Shown here: piece by piece, positions 12,703 to 40,490 of the stretch
How positions within the stretch are numbered: the stretch's first letter is position 1
Layout: every line of letters begins with the position of its first letter
Origin: Zygnema circumcarinatum SAG 698-1b
Lineage: Eukaryota; Plantae; Zygnematophyceae
Reading direction: 5' to 3'
Length of the DNA: 64,000 nt
Assembly: GCA_037447605.1 (NCBI GenBank)
Contig: CM074816.1
Span: 434,001-498,000, forward strand
Translations under genes and position numbers: made by a program
Notes under the pieces: model-generated
The model's database searches: none
Seen by the model: the letters and a program-made list of their open reading frames with translations, nothing else
Told to the model about the DNA's origin: nothing

Positions 12703-15250
12703 CTACTTGAGCGGGATAAAGCGGGAAGAGTGAGTAGCTCCAATACCGGGCCTCCCGTGCTTCACCGGCTTGTAGGACAGGGAGAACTCTGCCAGGTAGT
12801 GGCCAATCATCTCCGGCTGAAGCAAAGAGAAAAACGAAAGAAAAAGATTAAATTTCGTTTAGATGCTCCACTGTATGGCTCACATGGGAAGGATGCATTC
12901 AAATCATGGTTCACATTATGGAAGACTTTGAAATTGAAACAAATCGATACAGCTCATCCAATCAATTCCTTGAAACTAAACAAACGAAGGTACACACAAC
13001 AGACACGTATGAAGCATTCAGGTTGATGGTTCAACTGTGGCTCTATTTATCAAGGCGCTGTACTATATAGTGCATACCATTCGATGAATAACCCCTTCAC
13101 ATCAAAGAAACGCTAAAGGTAGTACCGAAACAACCGTCCATCATGATCTGCAAGCAGATAACCCTCAGCTTCGTGGTTCTGCTCACCTTAATTTCCACCT
13201 GATTGAAGATTTTGCCATTGTAGACCCCAATCACGCTTCCGATCATTTCTGGCACAATGATCATGTTGCGCAGGTGAGTGCGAACAGGCTCGGGCTTCTC
13301 GCCCTCCTCAGCCTCCCTCTTCTGCAGAGCAGAAAAGTAAATATTCATCAGCCTTTACACAGTGGATTCCCCTCTTGCAGCTGAGTCATACACACAGCAC
13401 ACTCCTTGCACGCGCATAACGACAAAAGGATGAAATCCACGGCGCTCCGAGAGATGACTCCCTGCTGTTGTGATCAAACTTCCATTTTACCAATACGAGG
13501 AGCATAGCTTGTTCCTTATCATTCCCTAAACTTTTATTTACTAGCCCCAACTTTACACTTCGTCCGACCATAATCTACGAGAGTGATCTGACTGTGACTT
13601 CGAGATGAGATGATTCAACAAGTCAGACACCAATATAGATTGATCTCTTCCGCGAAAAGCTTCACTAAACTAAATAGATACCCTAAGCGAAGCGGGTCCA
13701 TCTCTCTGCCAGACCTCAATCCGTGCTACGCAATTATGACTGAAACCTTCTCCTTCCCTCGGCTAGGTCGTGTTAATTTTGACATTTCTCGAAAAAATAA
13801 AGTTCGAAACCAGTACATGATTTCCATAATTTTTTTACATGATTACATGAAATCATGTGAACTAAGTGGCAAGTGCGAACAGTGCTGTTTTGAAACTAAA
13901 CCTCGAACCGCCAGGCAAAGGTTGAGACGCCCTACGGTCATATACTCTCAGTTGCATGCGTTTCAGCAAGCTCAACACATCATCTAAAAACAAAGCCGCA
14001 CATATTTAACAGTCACAATAAGAGCCCAAAGGAGACTCACCGCCTTCCTCAACTTCTTCATGAGGGCGAGAGGCTTCCTCTTCAGGCCCCTCTGAAACCT
14101 GCCAAAGAGAAGGGTAAAAAATGACAGTGTAAACAATACAGTTAGCGTCAAATGAATTGCGTCATGAAACTAACCAGCCAAATCGACAAATGCAAACCCA
14201 CTCTGGACAAGTATGAAAGTGACAACGAAAGGCTTGGTCTGGACTCTGATCATTCTGCAGCCCTTCGATTCATCCTCAACCTCACATCCCGTCTATTCCT
14301 CCACACTCAAATGCATCTGCAACGGTTGATTCGCCACAATATCAAACCTAAATACCTGAGAACCCTTGCCAACAGCAGAGCAAACGACCAGTCACAATCT
14401 GAGCCCACAAGACATACAACGAAAACTCAAACCCCACTGCAATAGTATTGACTGCTTATAAACTACAAACCTAAAAACATTCACCATAGAAATTTAGACG
14501 CTCTAGCAATAAATTCCGGGCGTGCATAGATGTGCCCAGGACTACAGCTCCGCTTACGAACTGTGCTTTTACAAATGAGCCTTTCTAACTCAATTCGAAT
14601 TTACCAGTAATCAGCTTCTCATCTTTAACCATTCGGAAACGAACAAAACCCACTTCCTAAAAAAATCTAAACTCCTCGCGCAGTGAGAAACCCTAAACAC
14701 CGAAAGCTGTTCGGTTTCACGCACCTTCTGCGAGCGCGAGCATGGAACAGCGTGACGAGCTCCTCATTGTTCATGTCCAGCAGCTGGTCCAAATCCACTC
14801 CTCGGAACGTAAACTTTCGGAACGTTCGCTTCTTGGGACCCTCGGCTGCCTCGACGTCCGCCTGCAGGAAGCCAGCGATGGAATTAATCAATTACTCATA
14901 ACGATTCGACATCTGCAAAATTAGGGCATCGCAGTCTGCTCGGACACGTAACGGCCCAACGAACCCTAAAACTCTCCCTCGCTTTTCCTCTCCCCCCTCC
15001 CCTCCCCTCCCTCTCTCTCTCTCTCTCTCCCTTTCCCTCTGTCTACATCTTCCCCCCCCAGAGTCTGCAGCAGCAAACCCTAAAAACGGAGAATCCATTG
15101 AATGCCCAAAAAACTCTGCAGTACGAAACACCCAAACGGCTTAAGCACCAACGCCCTAATATCTAGCACTGAGCGCGAGGAGGAGGGATCCAGAGGGAAG
15201 CTGCGGGCAGCCACGCAAGGCGGGGCGGGGGGGGAGGGTGGGCTAACCAT
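12703..15250 (-). CDS. RPS15: 40S ribosomal protein S15 (uS19), 148 aa (exons 15250-15248, 14861-14725, 14098-14041, 13321-13187, 12816-12703)
   Basis: [56 protein letters not shown] and [22 protein letters not shown]. The first coding exon is only ATG. Confidence 0.97.
14687..15085. promoter_or_regulatory. Telo-box (AAACCCTAA) motifs in RPS15 introns 1-2
   Basis: aaaccctaaa near 14688 and 15076, and aaccctaaa near 14962. Telo-boxes are typical of plant ribosomal-protein genes. Confidence 0.55.
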
Positions 15251-15641
15251 GGCGCCGGGTGGGGTCGGAGAAGGGAGGGAGGAGGAGGGAACGAGGAAAG
15301 AGGACCATGGGGGGGCGCGCGCGGCGCATATGGGGGGGTCCGGGAAGGGTTCAGGGAGGGGCCGTACCGTACGGAGAGGGACGGTACAGTACTGTACCAA
15401 GGGTCCACTGTACAAATAGGGTTTTAGAAGTACATGCGGTCGGATGCTGGATGTACGGCTCGTACAACAGAGGGGAGGCTGGATCCAAACCTGCATGGTT
15501 TTCGTACGGCATTTGGATGAAGTATGGAAGCAAAGTTCCTCGTGGTTTCCCATGTTGTTGCTCATGTTGTCCATGTACATCTGATGGCATCGCCATCATG
15601 AGATCAATGCCACATCATCTCCCCAATATGTACATACATTC

Positions 15642-15742
15642 TTAGGGTCGATTTACACCCCTCTTAGGCTAGATAAACACCTTTTTTCGCCTGTCAGATT
15701 TTTAATTTGGGATTTTTAAGGGTTTTGGGGTAATTTTTAAGA
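15642..15742. mobile_element. Fragment related to the MITE at 28467-28660
   Basis: ctagataaacaccttttttcgcctgtcagattttt...gggatttttaag resembles ctagatacacacctttttttggcggtcaggctttatt...gggatttttaag at about 28525-28591. Confidence 0.5.
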
Positions 15743-16244
15743 GAGCAGTAGAGGGATCCCATCTCCTGATTCGGTGAAAGCAAGGCGGAGCTGGCGAGGG
15801 GGCGCAGCTTGGGACATGGGCGTGGGGCGACTCGCACAATGCAGGCGGCAGGGGCTTTGGTTCTTAAGGGTTCAGGGTAGGAAACAGACCACCAGCACAA
15901 ACCGGGGCTCCTTTTAGGAAAAAAAAAAAGAATAGAAAGAACAAGGTTTAAGAGATAAGGAAAGGTCGCAGTAATGACTTCATTTAACAAGCTTAAAAAA
16001 AAACTCAAAAGAACGCCCTACCCTTTCCGATATCAGTTCATCAAAACTTTCCCAAACTGAACTGAAATTTGCTGCGCAGCCCTTCCTAGCCTACCTTAGC
16101 TATGCTCGGCGACAATTGCAAGAAAAGGAGACGCAAAGAATTGGAGACACTCGTAATAGACCAAAAGCTCGGCCATTCGCCCCCCTTCATATGTACACTG
16201 CGGATAACGACCCTAACAGCAATCCAATCAGACGAGGCCCTCTT

Positions 16245-26034
<9,790 letters not shown>

Positions 26035-28466
26035 CTGCAGAACAACAAGATTTGCAAGGTGAGAGGAGGAAGTAGATTCAAGAAGAAGCTACGTATGAAG
26101 CCTGTTACTGATGGAAATTTCCTTTGCCAGCGTTCTGCAATATCAAACGCTATCACACCTACACCTGTCCATACTCCAACGGTCAAATACAACCAATTAA
26201 CGTCGTTTATTCCAGAAGAAGGCCCAGTAAAACCGGCAGGAAGAAAAAACCCACTAGCAGTATGTAGCAGGTTTTCTTCAATGTGATGTGAAAAAAAAAA
26301 TTGCACTGTATATCCCAACTTCCAGACATCCGATGAGCCCTGACAGCCTAGAAAGCTCCCAAGCCCGAGAAGCGGATAGATCATAACACAGCAAGCTTGA
26401 TTGACTGATCCTGAACTAGATGCACGCTTCCTTTCTCTATGGGAGAATTAGCCTTCTGACCCATGCTTAACCATAAGACTGTACACAATCCTAATACTAA
26501 CTCCAACTCTATCTCTATCCCCTAACTTCATAAGCCTGATTGTGAACCTCAGCTAAAAACCTAACGTTAACCTTAACACTAACTCTAGATATGCAAACAT
26601 GGCGATCGGAGTAACACTGTGTTTGGGGAGGTTATGATGAATAAGCTCGAGATTACCTGGCGGTAAACTGCGGTTGTTCCAACTTGGTTGCGAAGTGCAT
26701 TCAGATTCTCGATAAGGTGGTAAGGTAGGAACATATCTGGGGAGCAGGAATGCATCGCATGCGGTCTTTCGCTTTGATGAATTCTCCAATTCTGCCTGCA
26801 AGGCAAACAAAGGGACAGAGTTTTCATGCAATGTATCCTTCCTTCCACATGCCGCAAGAGAAACAATGGACACACGACATAAATCATTTGTTGTTCCTTT
26901 TCATGTTAACTGGCCCTCAAGGTGCGCATTGTTGGATTTCACTGACTTTCGAATCTAAAACGACCCCAAATGTGCCGTTTAAGAAGACAGATGTTTACAA
27001 ATGATTGCTATCTCTAAAGCTTCCGAGTGGTTGCGAAAACGAAACGTCTAAAGCCCACTCTTGGGGCGGCTGAAAGAATTCGACCAAGCGAGAGAGAGGA
27101 AGAGGGGGGTGCGGGACGAGGGAGAGAGGGAAGGGGAATGGGAGGGACGGAGAGAGAGTAGACACAGAAGTAAAGACCGCAGTTTTTGGAACCGTATGCC
27201 CGTAGATAACCACAGAAACTGGAAAACCCTAAACTCTGCAAGCTGTATTCCTTGCTAGTTTGACATTGCTGTCATGGCCTCCTGTGACTCCAAGTACGAG
27301 CAAAGCGAGGAAACCAGCTGTAACTTGCCAGACTCGTCCGTCTGTGCATAATCAGAGAGTAGCATCTGCGGTCTGAATTTCTTGATTATTATGCACAATC
27401 TCATCGGTACGATTCTGGATTGTTCGTCCTTTGTGCAGAAACAACCAAACATCGACATCTTAGACTTCAACAAATCCGAAAGAGTACCCTGAAGCAGGGC
27501 TTCTCTTATCAGGGTGCAATCACGCCCAACGAAATCAATGACGTCTGCACTTCACTCCAGCAATGCATACCTCGGGGACTACAATCTGCTTGGGATTTTT
27601 GAAATTTTCGCCATTTATCGCTGTGAAACCACAACCCTCTTCCCGTTCCGGCAGCACGGATGTGCATCAAACCTTCCAAATTGATCAAATTCCTTCTTCA
27701 ACAGACGTGCCCTCCAACGACTCCATGCTACTTTCCCTACAAACCCTAAAAGAGCCCTTCCTTCCTTGCCATTCGCCCGTTCACGCCGCAGGGGCCCCAC
27801 GGCCTGCTCTCCTCTATATTCGGGCTCCCACTCCAGCCCCCCCTACATGGAAAACCTCTGAGAAGCCCTGAAGCAGCAGGCGCAGGTTAGTAGGGCGCGG
27901 CCGGCAGGCAGCCATGGCGGGCAGGCAAGCGCGGGGCCTTCCCCTCCGACTTTGGCGCCTCTTCTGCTTGAACGCATGGGCGGGCCAATTTTGGCGGGTG
28001 CCCGCACGTGTGAGGGGGAGGGGGGGTCGCAAGTGCGGGGCGCCAGCGGCGCGGCTGACTGCAGGCTGACTGACTAGGACTAGGAGAGTCTAGTCATAGG
28101 CTTTTGGTCATTTCACCTATTTAGTCCCCACAATAATAGTCAGTATCGGTTGCGATATACTGATTACTCGTTTTCTGGTCAAACATTAGTCGCCTGTCAA
28201 ATTGGTCAGTAACGATCGGGATATACTGACTAAGATCAGTTTGACCACATGGTGGAAAAAGCCAACTGGAAGTTTTGGCCGGGTGGCGAAACCGTTCCAA
28301 CGGATACGGACGTTCCGAAGTGCCGATCTGACGGTCGAGGCTCGGCGGAGGAACACGTGGTACATCTAACGGTCACCATCCTGATCATTATCGGGATGGT
28401 GATCCTTTCACGGTGTACCGTAGACAGTTACAGCGTCTTAAAGCACTGAACTGTAGCGCGTTCCTG

Positions 28467-28660
28467 TTAGCATAAGATACATAAGATAAAAATTAAGAAA
28501 ATGCTATCTGCACACCTTCTTGTCTAGATACACACCTTTTTTTGGCGGTCAGGCTTTATTTTAGGATTTTTATGGTATTGGGGATTTTTAAGGTGTGTAC
28601 CTAGATAAAAAGGTGTGTGCATAGTAATTCCCTAAAATTATCTTATGTATCTTATGCTAA
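28467..28660. mobile_element. MITE, 194 bp, with long inverted termini
   Basis: Perfect 23-bp inverted ends (ttagcataagatacataagataa / ttatcttatgtatcttatgctaa), then about 50 bp of imperfect inverted sequence (cacaccttcttgtctagatacacacctt / aaggtgtgtacctagataaaaaggtgtg). AT-rich and non-coding. Confidence 0.8.
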
Positions 28661-28901
28661 AAGAGAAAATGCAGAGGCAAAAAAGAGGGCTTAGCCCCGC
28701 CCTCAAAATGGGCTTAGCTCTCCCTGAGCAAAAGTACTGGCTCCGCCACTGTTTTTCATGGGAAGTAGAGCCCGGACAAAGAACTAAACAATGTACGTGA
28801 TTCGGCGACTTGTGGAAGCCAAGCGAGCGGTGCAAAGTGTGGCAACTGCGCATCTTAGGACGTGGATCTCCTAGGGAATGGTTTGTTCATTGGTTTGTTC
28901 A

Positions 28902-29001
28902 TACATACATACATACATACATACATACATACATACATACATACATACATACATACATACATACATACATACATACATACATACATACATACATACATAC
29001 A
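28902..29001. repeat. (TACA)n microsatellite grading into (TCCA)n
   Basis: Direct reading. Confidence 0.95.
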
Positions 29002-29353
29002 TCCATCCATATATACATACATGCATCCATCCATCCATCCATCCCTCCATCCCTCCATCCCTCCATCCCTTCCTCTCTGCGGCTGCGTGCGGCCCGTCAG
29101 GGCAGGCCTCGGGACAGCAACGGAAGGTGACGCTGCTGACGCCACGTCACGACATTCATAGTGACGTATGCATGTACGGCACGCATTAGACTCTTCCTGC
29201 GATGACGGCACTTATCCACGTGCACCCGTGCCGTACCAACAGTTTGTTTGGCAGCCGACTGTACGGACTGCTGCAGGGCCGTTCGAAACTTTTACTTTTT
29301 GAAAGGCGGGGGAGGGAGGGAAGGAGAAGCTTCTGCTCGCTGCAGCGCCATCC

Positions 29354-34820
<5,467 letters not shown>

Positions 34821-35708
34821 AAGGGTCGATCTGGTGAAGGTAATGTGCCGATCGATGCCTTTCTATTGGTCGTGGACATCAGACAGTAAAGTTTAAATAA
34901 GCTTAAATAAGCTTGAATAGACGAGCTCGTGAACATGATACTTTTTATCGTTTCAATTGCCATGTAATGAGAAAACGCATGGGCGGGAAGGTTGTTCTAT
35001 GCAGCGTCCAGGATTAGGGTTAGGGTCAAGGTTTGGGTTCATGAGAAGAAGAAGGTGGGCTGCCTGTCCCTGAATGGAGGACTTTCTTTTGCATTTTGTT
35101 CAGCTCACTCTCCGTGCCAAGTGACTAGCCGCGGAGCATAGAGCGTGTCCCCTCACTATCATTTTCACTGCTTATGTTTGAATTGTTTGGTGTAGGAGCA
35201 TGGCCATTTCAAGCCATTGGTGGATCATTTTGAGAAATATTTCCAAAATGAAAATTAAAAAATGTTTCCAAAGGAGGTCATTTATGATTCGTGCTTTTTT
35301 GAGAGTTCCTATCTGTGTCGATGTTGAACCTCTCCTCTTGGTGTCAACCTCACGCCTTTCATTGCTTAGCAGCGTGCTCCCTCTTCTTCGTGGGACTGTG
35401 CGTGGCAGAGTGCCTGGACTCTCTAGTCACTTCACATGGCTTATTCTCACACATGCTTTGTCGCTTCAGGCAGATTTGAGCCACATGTTGAAGAAAAGCA
35501 TTAGTTAGTCATTATCCATATTCCTCTCCGTGCCCACATTGTGCCCATGTTCCTGCACTCTGGGCGAGCTATGCATGTTGCAGCACTTCCCTTCAACATT
35601 CAACATTCAACACAGCATTATTCGATCCCAGGATGGCCTCTCCCTCGCTCCTCGCATTGTTTGCTGGCCGTGACAATGACAAGGGCCGCCTGCCTCGCTA
35701 GTAGGGTT

Positions 35709-36100
35709 GGGGGCACGGGGGCACGGGCATGCCCGGGGGGGGGGCATGCCCCCCATTTTTGACCGTCCGTGCCCGGGGCACGCCTCCAAAAATTTTCCCC
35801 ATATATTTCGTGCCCCCCCGTGCCCCCTGTCACGTGACGCTTACCTCGTACGACCGGGCCCGGGCCGGTGACGATTGTTGTGTTGAGTACTGTCCGTACT
35901 TTTCATAATTTCCGTACATTTGTACCGTTATTCGTACGTTTAGTACATTCATCTGTACTTTCCGTACCTTCATCCGTACCATTTTTAAAATATTATATTC
36001 TTTTTGGGGCCGATTTGAATTGCTCAATGCAGTCACGTCACGGGGCACGAAAAAGGGGCATGCCCCCCCCCCAAGGGGGGGGGGGGGGCACGTGCCCCTG
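35709..36100. mobile_element. Degenerate MITE-like insert with GC-rich inverted ends and a GTAC-rich core
   Basis: The left arm ggggcacg..ggggggggcatgcccc..cgtgccc is roughly the reverse complement of the right arm ggggcacg..ggggcatgcccccc..gggcacgtgcccc. No clear TSD. Confidence 0.45.
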
Positions 36101-36430
36101 GTACAGTTATGTACGAAAACCGTTGGGGGAACCTGAAGACCGGTACGGCTTAACGGCCGCCAACTGCCGCCTTACAGGACCATCGGTTTTTTGGGCGCCG
36201 ACAAAAAAGGGTCAGCGAGGTCAATGAAGTTGCGCCGTAGTGGACTGCCACGTGTAAAGTGAAAAAAAAAGCGGCTGTCGTTTTGCGCGAGGCGGCGAGT
36301 CTCGAATTTGTCGTTTTGCGAGCGATTCCTGTTCGCTGTTCACGAGCTGTCAGAAGCAAGCCGAAGGGGGGGGAGGAAAGGAGGAAATAAGAGAGCCTGT
36401 TCAGTGATATTGGCTGAGTTTTAAGATTCA

Positions 36431-37771
36431 ATGGCGGCGCAAGACGCGCGTATGCTTTCCCTGAGCCTGGCTGCGCTGCCCGCCCTCCTTCTCGCGGCGC
36501 CCCTCGCCTTCGCTGCCTCCGCCTATCTCTTCTTCTCTGTTCGCAAGCTCCCTCCCGGATGGCAGCGCCTCGCAGCTTCTCTTCCCGTCCTCGCCCTCTA
36601 CGCGGTGACTCCGCGTCTTGTTGATCCTTCCCGGGACACCATGGTCAGCGGCGTACTGTTCTGCGTGCTGACATGGCTCGCCTCCTTCCGCGTGCTTTCC
36701 TTCTGCTGGGCGGAAGGCATACTGATGGAGCCCTTCGCAAACCGCGATGTGCTGCGCTTCCATGCTTCCCTTTCCCTGCCCGTTCACGCTCGGCCCGCAG
36801 ACTGGCAGCCGCGGAGGGAGAGGGGAAAGAAAAAGGATGCAGATTATGGGAAGGGTGTGCTGCAATGGCTGGTTGAAGCTGCGGATTCTGACACGTGGCC
36901 CGTTCTGATTGCTCGGAGCTGCTTCAAGTGTATCTGCTTGGTTGCAGTCTGCCAAGCTTACGACTACGAAGATCGCTTGAATGCTGTGACGCTGCAAGCT
37001 CTTTACGCTCTGAACCTTTTTCTCGTTGCAAGCTTAATTTGTGATGCTTTAGCAGCTGTCGTTCAGCTTCTGCTGGGAATGCCGGTAGAGCCGCACTTCG
37101 ACCAGCCGTACTTGGCCTCCTCTCTGGAAGACTTCTGGTCGCGTCGTTGGAACCTTCTCATCAGCGGACTGCTTAGGGATACCATCTACCATCCTCTCCT
37201 CCGCCTCTTAACCAGTCAGAATGCCGCGTCGGCTGCACTCTCTAATGGGAAAAGTAATGGTAGAACTCCAGCAAGCCACTTGAATGGCTCTCAACGTCCT
37301 AAAGACTTTAAACAAGAGACGGAGATGGAAGACGGAGAGGAATATGAATCTATGCAGAAAGGGGTTCAGGGGACTCTTCGCCACCGAGCTGCCGTCTTTC
37401 AGAGCGCGACAGTGGGCAGACCTTCCACGCGTGCAGCAGCCGCAACTGTACCACTTTGGGCGCGTCTCGCAGCGATGTTCGCAAGCTTTTTTGTTTCCGG
37501 GATCATGCATGAGCTTATGGTTTTTTATCTTTCCGGGAAAGTGACGGGAGAGATGACTGCGTTTTTCACTTTACACGGCGTTGCCACTGCCTTGGAGGCG
37601 CTAGTGAAGTCGCTTATGAAGGGGAGGGCCGGCCTTCCGCGAGTGCTTGCGGTGCCGCTCACTGTGGGATTTGCCTTTCTCACAGGGCAATGGCTCTTCT
37701 TTGCACCGCTTTTGTCTCTTGGATTGCACCAACAAGTTGTCAACAACATTCGCGACATTCTTGGGGCTTAG
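36431..37771 (+). CDS. MBOAT wax synthase / acyl-CoA:sterol O-acyltransferase (ASAT/LCAO family), paralogue 1, intronless, 446 aa
   Basis: LPPGWQRLAASLPV, PHFDQPYLASSLEDFWSRRWNL, catalytic-His motif VSGIMHEL, TGEMTAFFTLHG; multiple TM segments. Confidence 0.95.
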   Translation: MAAQDARMLSLSLAALPALLLAAPLAFAASAYLFFSVRKLPPGWQRLAASLPVLALYAVTPRLVDPSRDTMVSGVLFCVLTWLASFRVLSFCWAEGILMEPFANRDVLRFHASLSLPVHARPADWQPRRERGKKKDADYGKGVLQWLVEAADSDTWPVLIARSCFKCICLVAVCQAYDYEDRLNAVTLQALYALNLFLVASLICDALAAVVQLLLGMPVEPHFDQPYLASSLEDFWSRRWNLLISGLLRDTIYHPLLRLLTSQNAASAALSNGKSNGRTPASHLNGSQRPKDFKQETEMEDGEEYESMQKGVQGTLRHRAAVFQSATVGRPSTRAAAATVPLWARLAAMFASFFVSGIMHELMVFYLSGKVTGEMTAFFTLHGVATALEALVKSLMKGRAGLPRVLAVPLTVGFAFLTGQWLFFAPLLSLGLHQQVVNNIRDILGA

Positions 37772-38707
37772 GGCACTATTCCTGTCTCCTGCTTTTCTAC
37801 TTCAGATGTGTCCTGGGAAGGTGTATTGTAAGTGATGGTGAGTGGAGGTGGAGACCATAAGGAGGAATCGCAGGGCGTGGAGTGCAGGGAGGGGCGCGGT
37901 GATGCTTGAAGAAGCAGAAAGACGAAACAGGGACGAGGTTGTATTCTGAAAGCAGGAGCTCATCGGCAACGACAAGGGTTCTCCCTGTGCTTCATGCTTC
38001 GCTGCTGCAGACTGAGAGAGGAAAAGGAGCGAGCGGCCTCTCTTTCCAAGTGAGTAGTCGCAATAACTGAGTCATATGTGCGCATTATCTGCACAAATTC
38101 CATCGTAAAACCGCAAACCACAACGCATGTACTGCGTCATCAAGGTCTGAGCCCGCTCGTGGTTTTTCGCACATCTCATCCTTCAAGCCTCGATTTGACA
38201 GGGCCGGCCGGGACCACCTCGTGGTTTCGCCTTCCGTTGACCGCCGTCAACCGCTGTTCGCCATTTTTCCAACCGTCCGCCGGCGGTTAGTCGGTTAATC
38301 GGCTAGGCGATTGGGCGGTCCCGCACTCCAGTCCAAAAAATATCCGTACTGCCACGTGGTGGAACAACACTTGGTGTACGGATGACCCAGATACGAACCT
38401 CTGGTTTTGTCGTCACTTTGCTTGTCGTTTTCTGCTGGACGACAGGAGTTCGCAGAGAGAGGGAGAGGGGAGGAGAGGCCGCGGACTGGCCATGGCGGGG
38501 CGGAGGTGGGGCTTGGGAGGCGGCGGGGGGAGGGGGGCAGAGGGAGAGGGAGGTCTTGGAGGGAAGGCGTTGTGCAGGTGGCCGGGAGAGGGAGAGGCGG
38601 GAGAGGGGCGAGGAGAGATGTAGCGAGGAAACCCAACTGCTTAAGGGAAGAGCAACGGCGTAGGGGGTGCAGAAGGTTTTGAAGATTTGGAAAAGTGAGG
38701 GCTCAGG

Positions 38708-40051
38708 ATGGAGCAGCAGACGCGCATGCTCTCTCTGGGCCTGCCTGCGGCTCCCGCTTTCCTTCTCGCATCGCTTGTAGGGTTCGCCGCCTCCGCCTAC
38801 ATCTTCTTCACAGTGAAACCCCTCCCTCCGGGAGGGCAGCGCTTCGCGGCTTCTCTTCCCGTGCTCGCTCTCTTTGCGGTCCTTCCGCGTCTTCTTGATC
38901 CGTCCCAGAACACCATCGCCTGCTGCACGCTGTGGGCCGTGTTTGCATGGGTCGCGCCCTTCCGCCTGCTCTCCTTCTGCTGGGCGGAGGGGGTACTGAC
39001 CGAGCCCTTCGCGAACCGCGACTTGCTGCACTTCTACGCATGTCTCTCTACGCCCATACACGTCCGCCATGCAGGCTGGAAGCCGCGGAGGGAGAGGAGG
39101 AAGGATGCGCGCATAGATGATGGGAGGAGTGTGTTTCAATGGCTGGCTAGAGAAGCAGATTCTGACGCGTGGCCCGTTCTGATTGCTCGGAGCGGCTTCA
39201 AGTGCCTCTGTTTGGTTGCAATCTGCCGAGCTTACGACTACGAAGATCGCTTGCATGTCGTGGCGCTGCAGGCGCTTCAAATCCTAGTGATCTTCCTCGT
39301 CATAAGCTTAATTTGTGATGCTTTAGCAGCTGTCATGCAGCTTCTGCTGGGAATGCCGGTAGAGCCGCACTTCGACCAGCCGTACTTGGCCTCCTCTCTG
39401 GAAGACTTCTGGTCGCGTCGTTGGAACCTTCTCATCAGCGGACTGCTCAGAGATACCATCTACCTTCCTGTGCTGCGCCTCTTAACCAGTCAGAATGCCA
39501 CTTCGGCTTCGGCTGCACTCTCTAATGGGAAAGCCAATGGAGGAGCTGCATTGAATGGCCTTGAGCATGCTAAAGGCACTGACAACCCTAATCATGCGTC
39601 AGAGAAGGAAATCGAAGAAGAATGTGCGCCTATGCAGAATGGTGTTCAGGAAACTCTCCGCCACCGAGCTGGCACCACTCATAGCACGCCATCTGGTGTG
39701 CCTGTAGCCGGGGTGAAGCCACCACCTGCACCCCTTTGGGCGCGGCTCGCAGCCATGTTCACGAGCTTTTTAGTGTCCGGCATCATGCACGAGATTATGG
39801 TCTTTTACCTCTCTGGGAGTGCGACGGGGGAGATGCTGGCCTTCTTTGCTTTGCATGGTGCGGCCACTGCCTTGGAAGGCGCGGTAAAGGCACTCGCCAG
39901 AGGGAGGGTCGCTCTGCCGCGAGTGCTCGCAGTGGGGCTCACTGTAGGGTTCAGCTTCGTCACGGGGCAGTGGCTGTTCTTTTCGCCGCTCGTCTCATTG
40001 GGGGTTTACCAACAAGCATTGAAAAATGTTCAAGCGGTGTTTGGGCCTTAG
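38708..40051 (+). CDS. MBOAT wax synthase / ASAT-family paralogue 2, intronless, 447 aa
   Basis: Same motifs: EPHFDQPYLASSLEDFWSRRWNL, VSGIMHEI. Confidence 0.95.
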   Translation: MEQQTRMLSLGLPAAPAFLLASLVGFAASAYIFFTVKPLPPGGQRFAASLPVLALFAVLPRLLDPSQNTIACCTLWAVFAWVAPFRLLSFCWAEGVLTEPFANRDLLHFYACLSTPIHVRHAGWKPRRERRKDARIDDGRSVFQWLAREADSDAWPVLIARSGFKCLCLVAICRAYDYEDRLHVVALQALQILVIFLVISLICDALAAVMQLLLGMPVEPHFDQPYLASSLEDFWSRRWNLLISGLLRDTIYLPVLRLLTSQNATSASAALSNGKANGGAALNGLEHAKGTDNPNHASEKEIEEECAPMQNGVQETLRHRAGTTHSTPSGVPVAGVKPPPAPLWARLAAMFTSFLVSGIMHEIMVFYLSGSATGEMLAFFALHGAATALEGAVKALARGRVALPRVLAVGLTVGFSFVTGQWLFFSPLVSLGVYQQALKNVQAVFGP

Positions 40052-40361
40052 GGGTTTTAATTGTTTCTTCGATTGATTTCGGTATTTATTTAGGGCATGT
40101 CGATGGAAGCTCACGTGCGAGCTGTTATTTGGGAGTGGTTGCAGGAGTGAAGGTTAGGAGCGTAATGGAGGAATTGGAAGCTTGTCTTATGACAAGCCTT
40201 AAAGTAGAACAAAGTAAATAGTTGTCGTGGAAGGACATTCAATAATTGGGCCTTGCCAGTGTTCAATGTGCATCAAGGCAGTCAGCCACAACCTTGGCGA
40301 TCAAAATTGCACAGATCGTACAAGAATGTAGACAGTATATAATTGCTTTATTTTCCGGAGA

Positions 40362-40490
40362 ATGATACCCCCCCCCCCCCCAATTTTGGATTCCCCCCCC
40401 CTTTGGAAAATTTGCCTTCCCATTTTGGATATCCCACCCCCTGTTTTGGATACCCCCCCCCCCCTTGTATTGGATACCCCGCCCCTTGTT
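40362..40490. repeat. Degenerate tandem repeat of ttttggata(C)n
   Basis: About 5-6 units of (tt)ttggat(a/t)cccc; G-runs on the minus strand. Confidence 0.7.

Noticed and set aside
12817-14724. Intronic snoRNAs in RPS15
   Set aside because: I could not find a properly spaced C/D or H/ACA box pair by eye; a covariance search would be needed.
36428-39280. Long antisense ORFs over the MBOAT genes (36428-36997, 38303-39280)
   Set aside because: Expected shadows of GC-rich coding strands, with no recognisable motifs.
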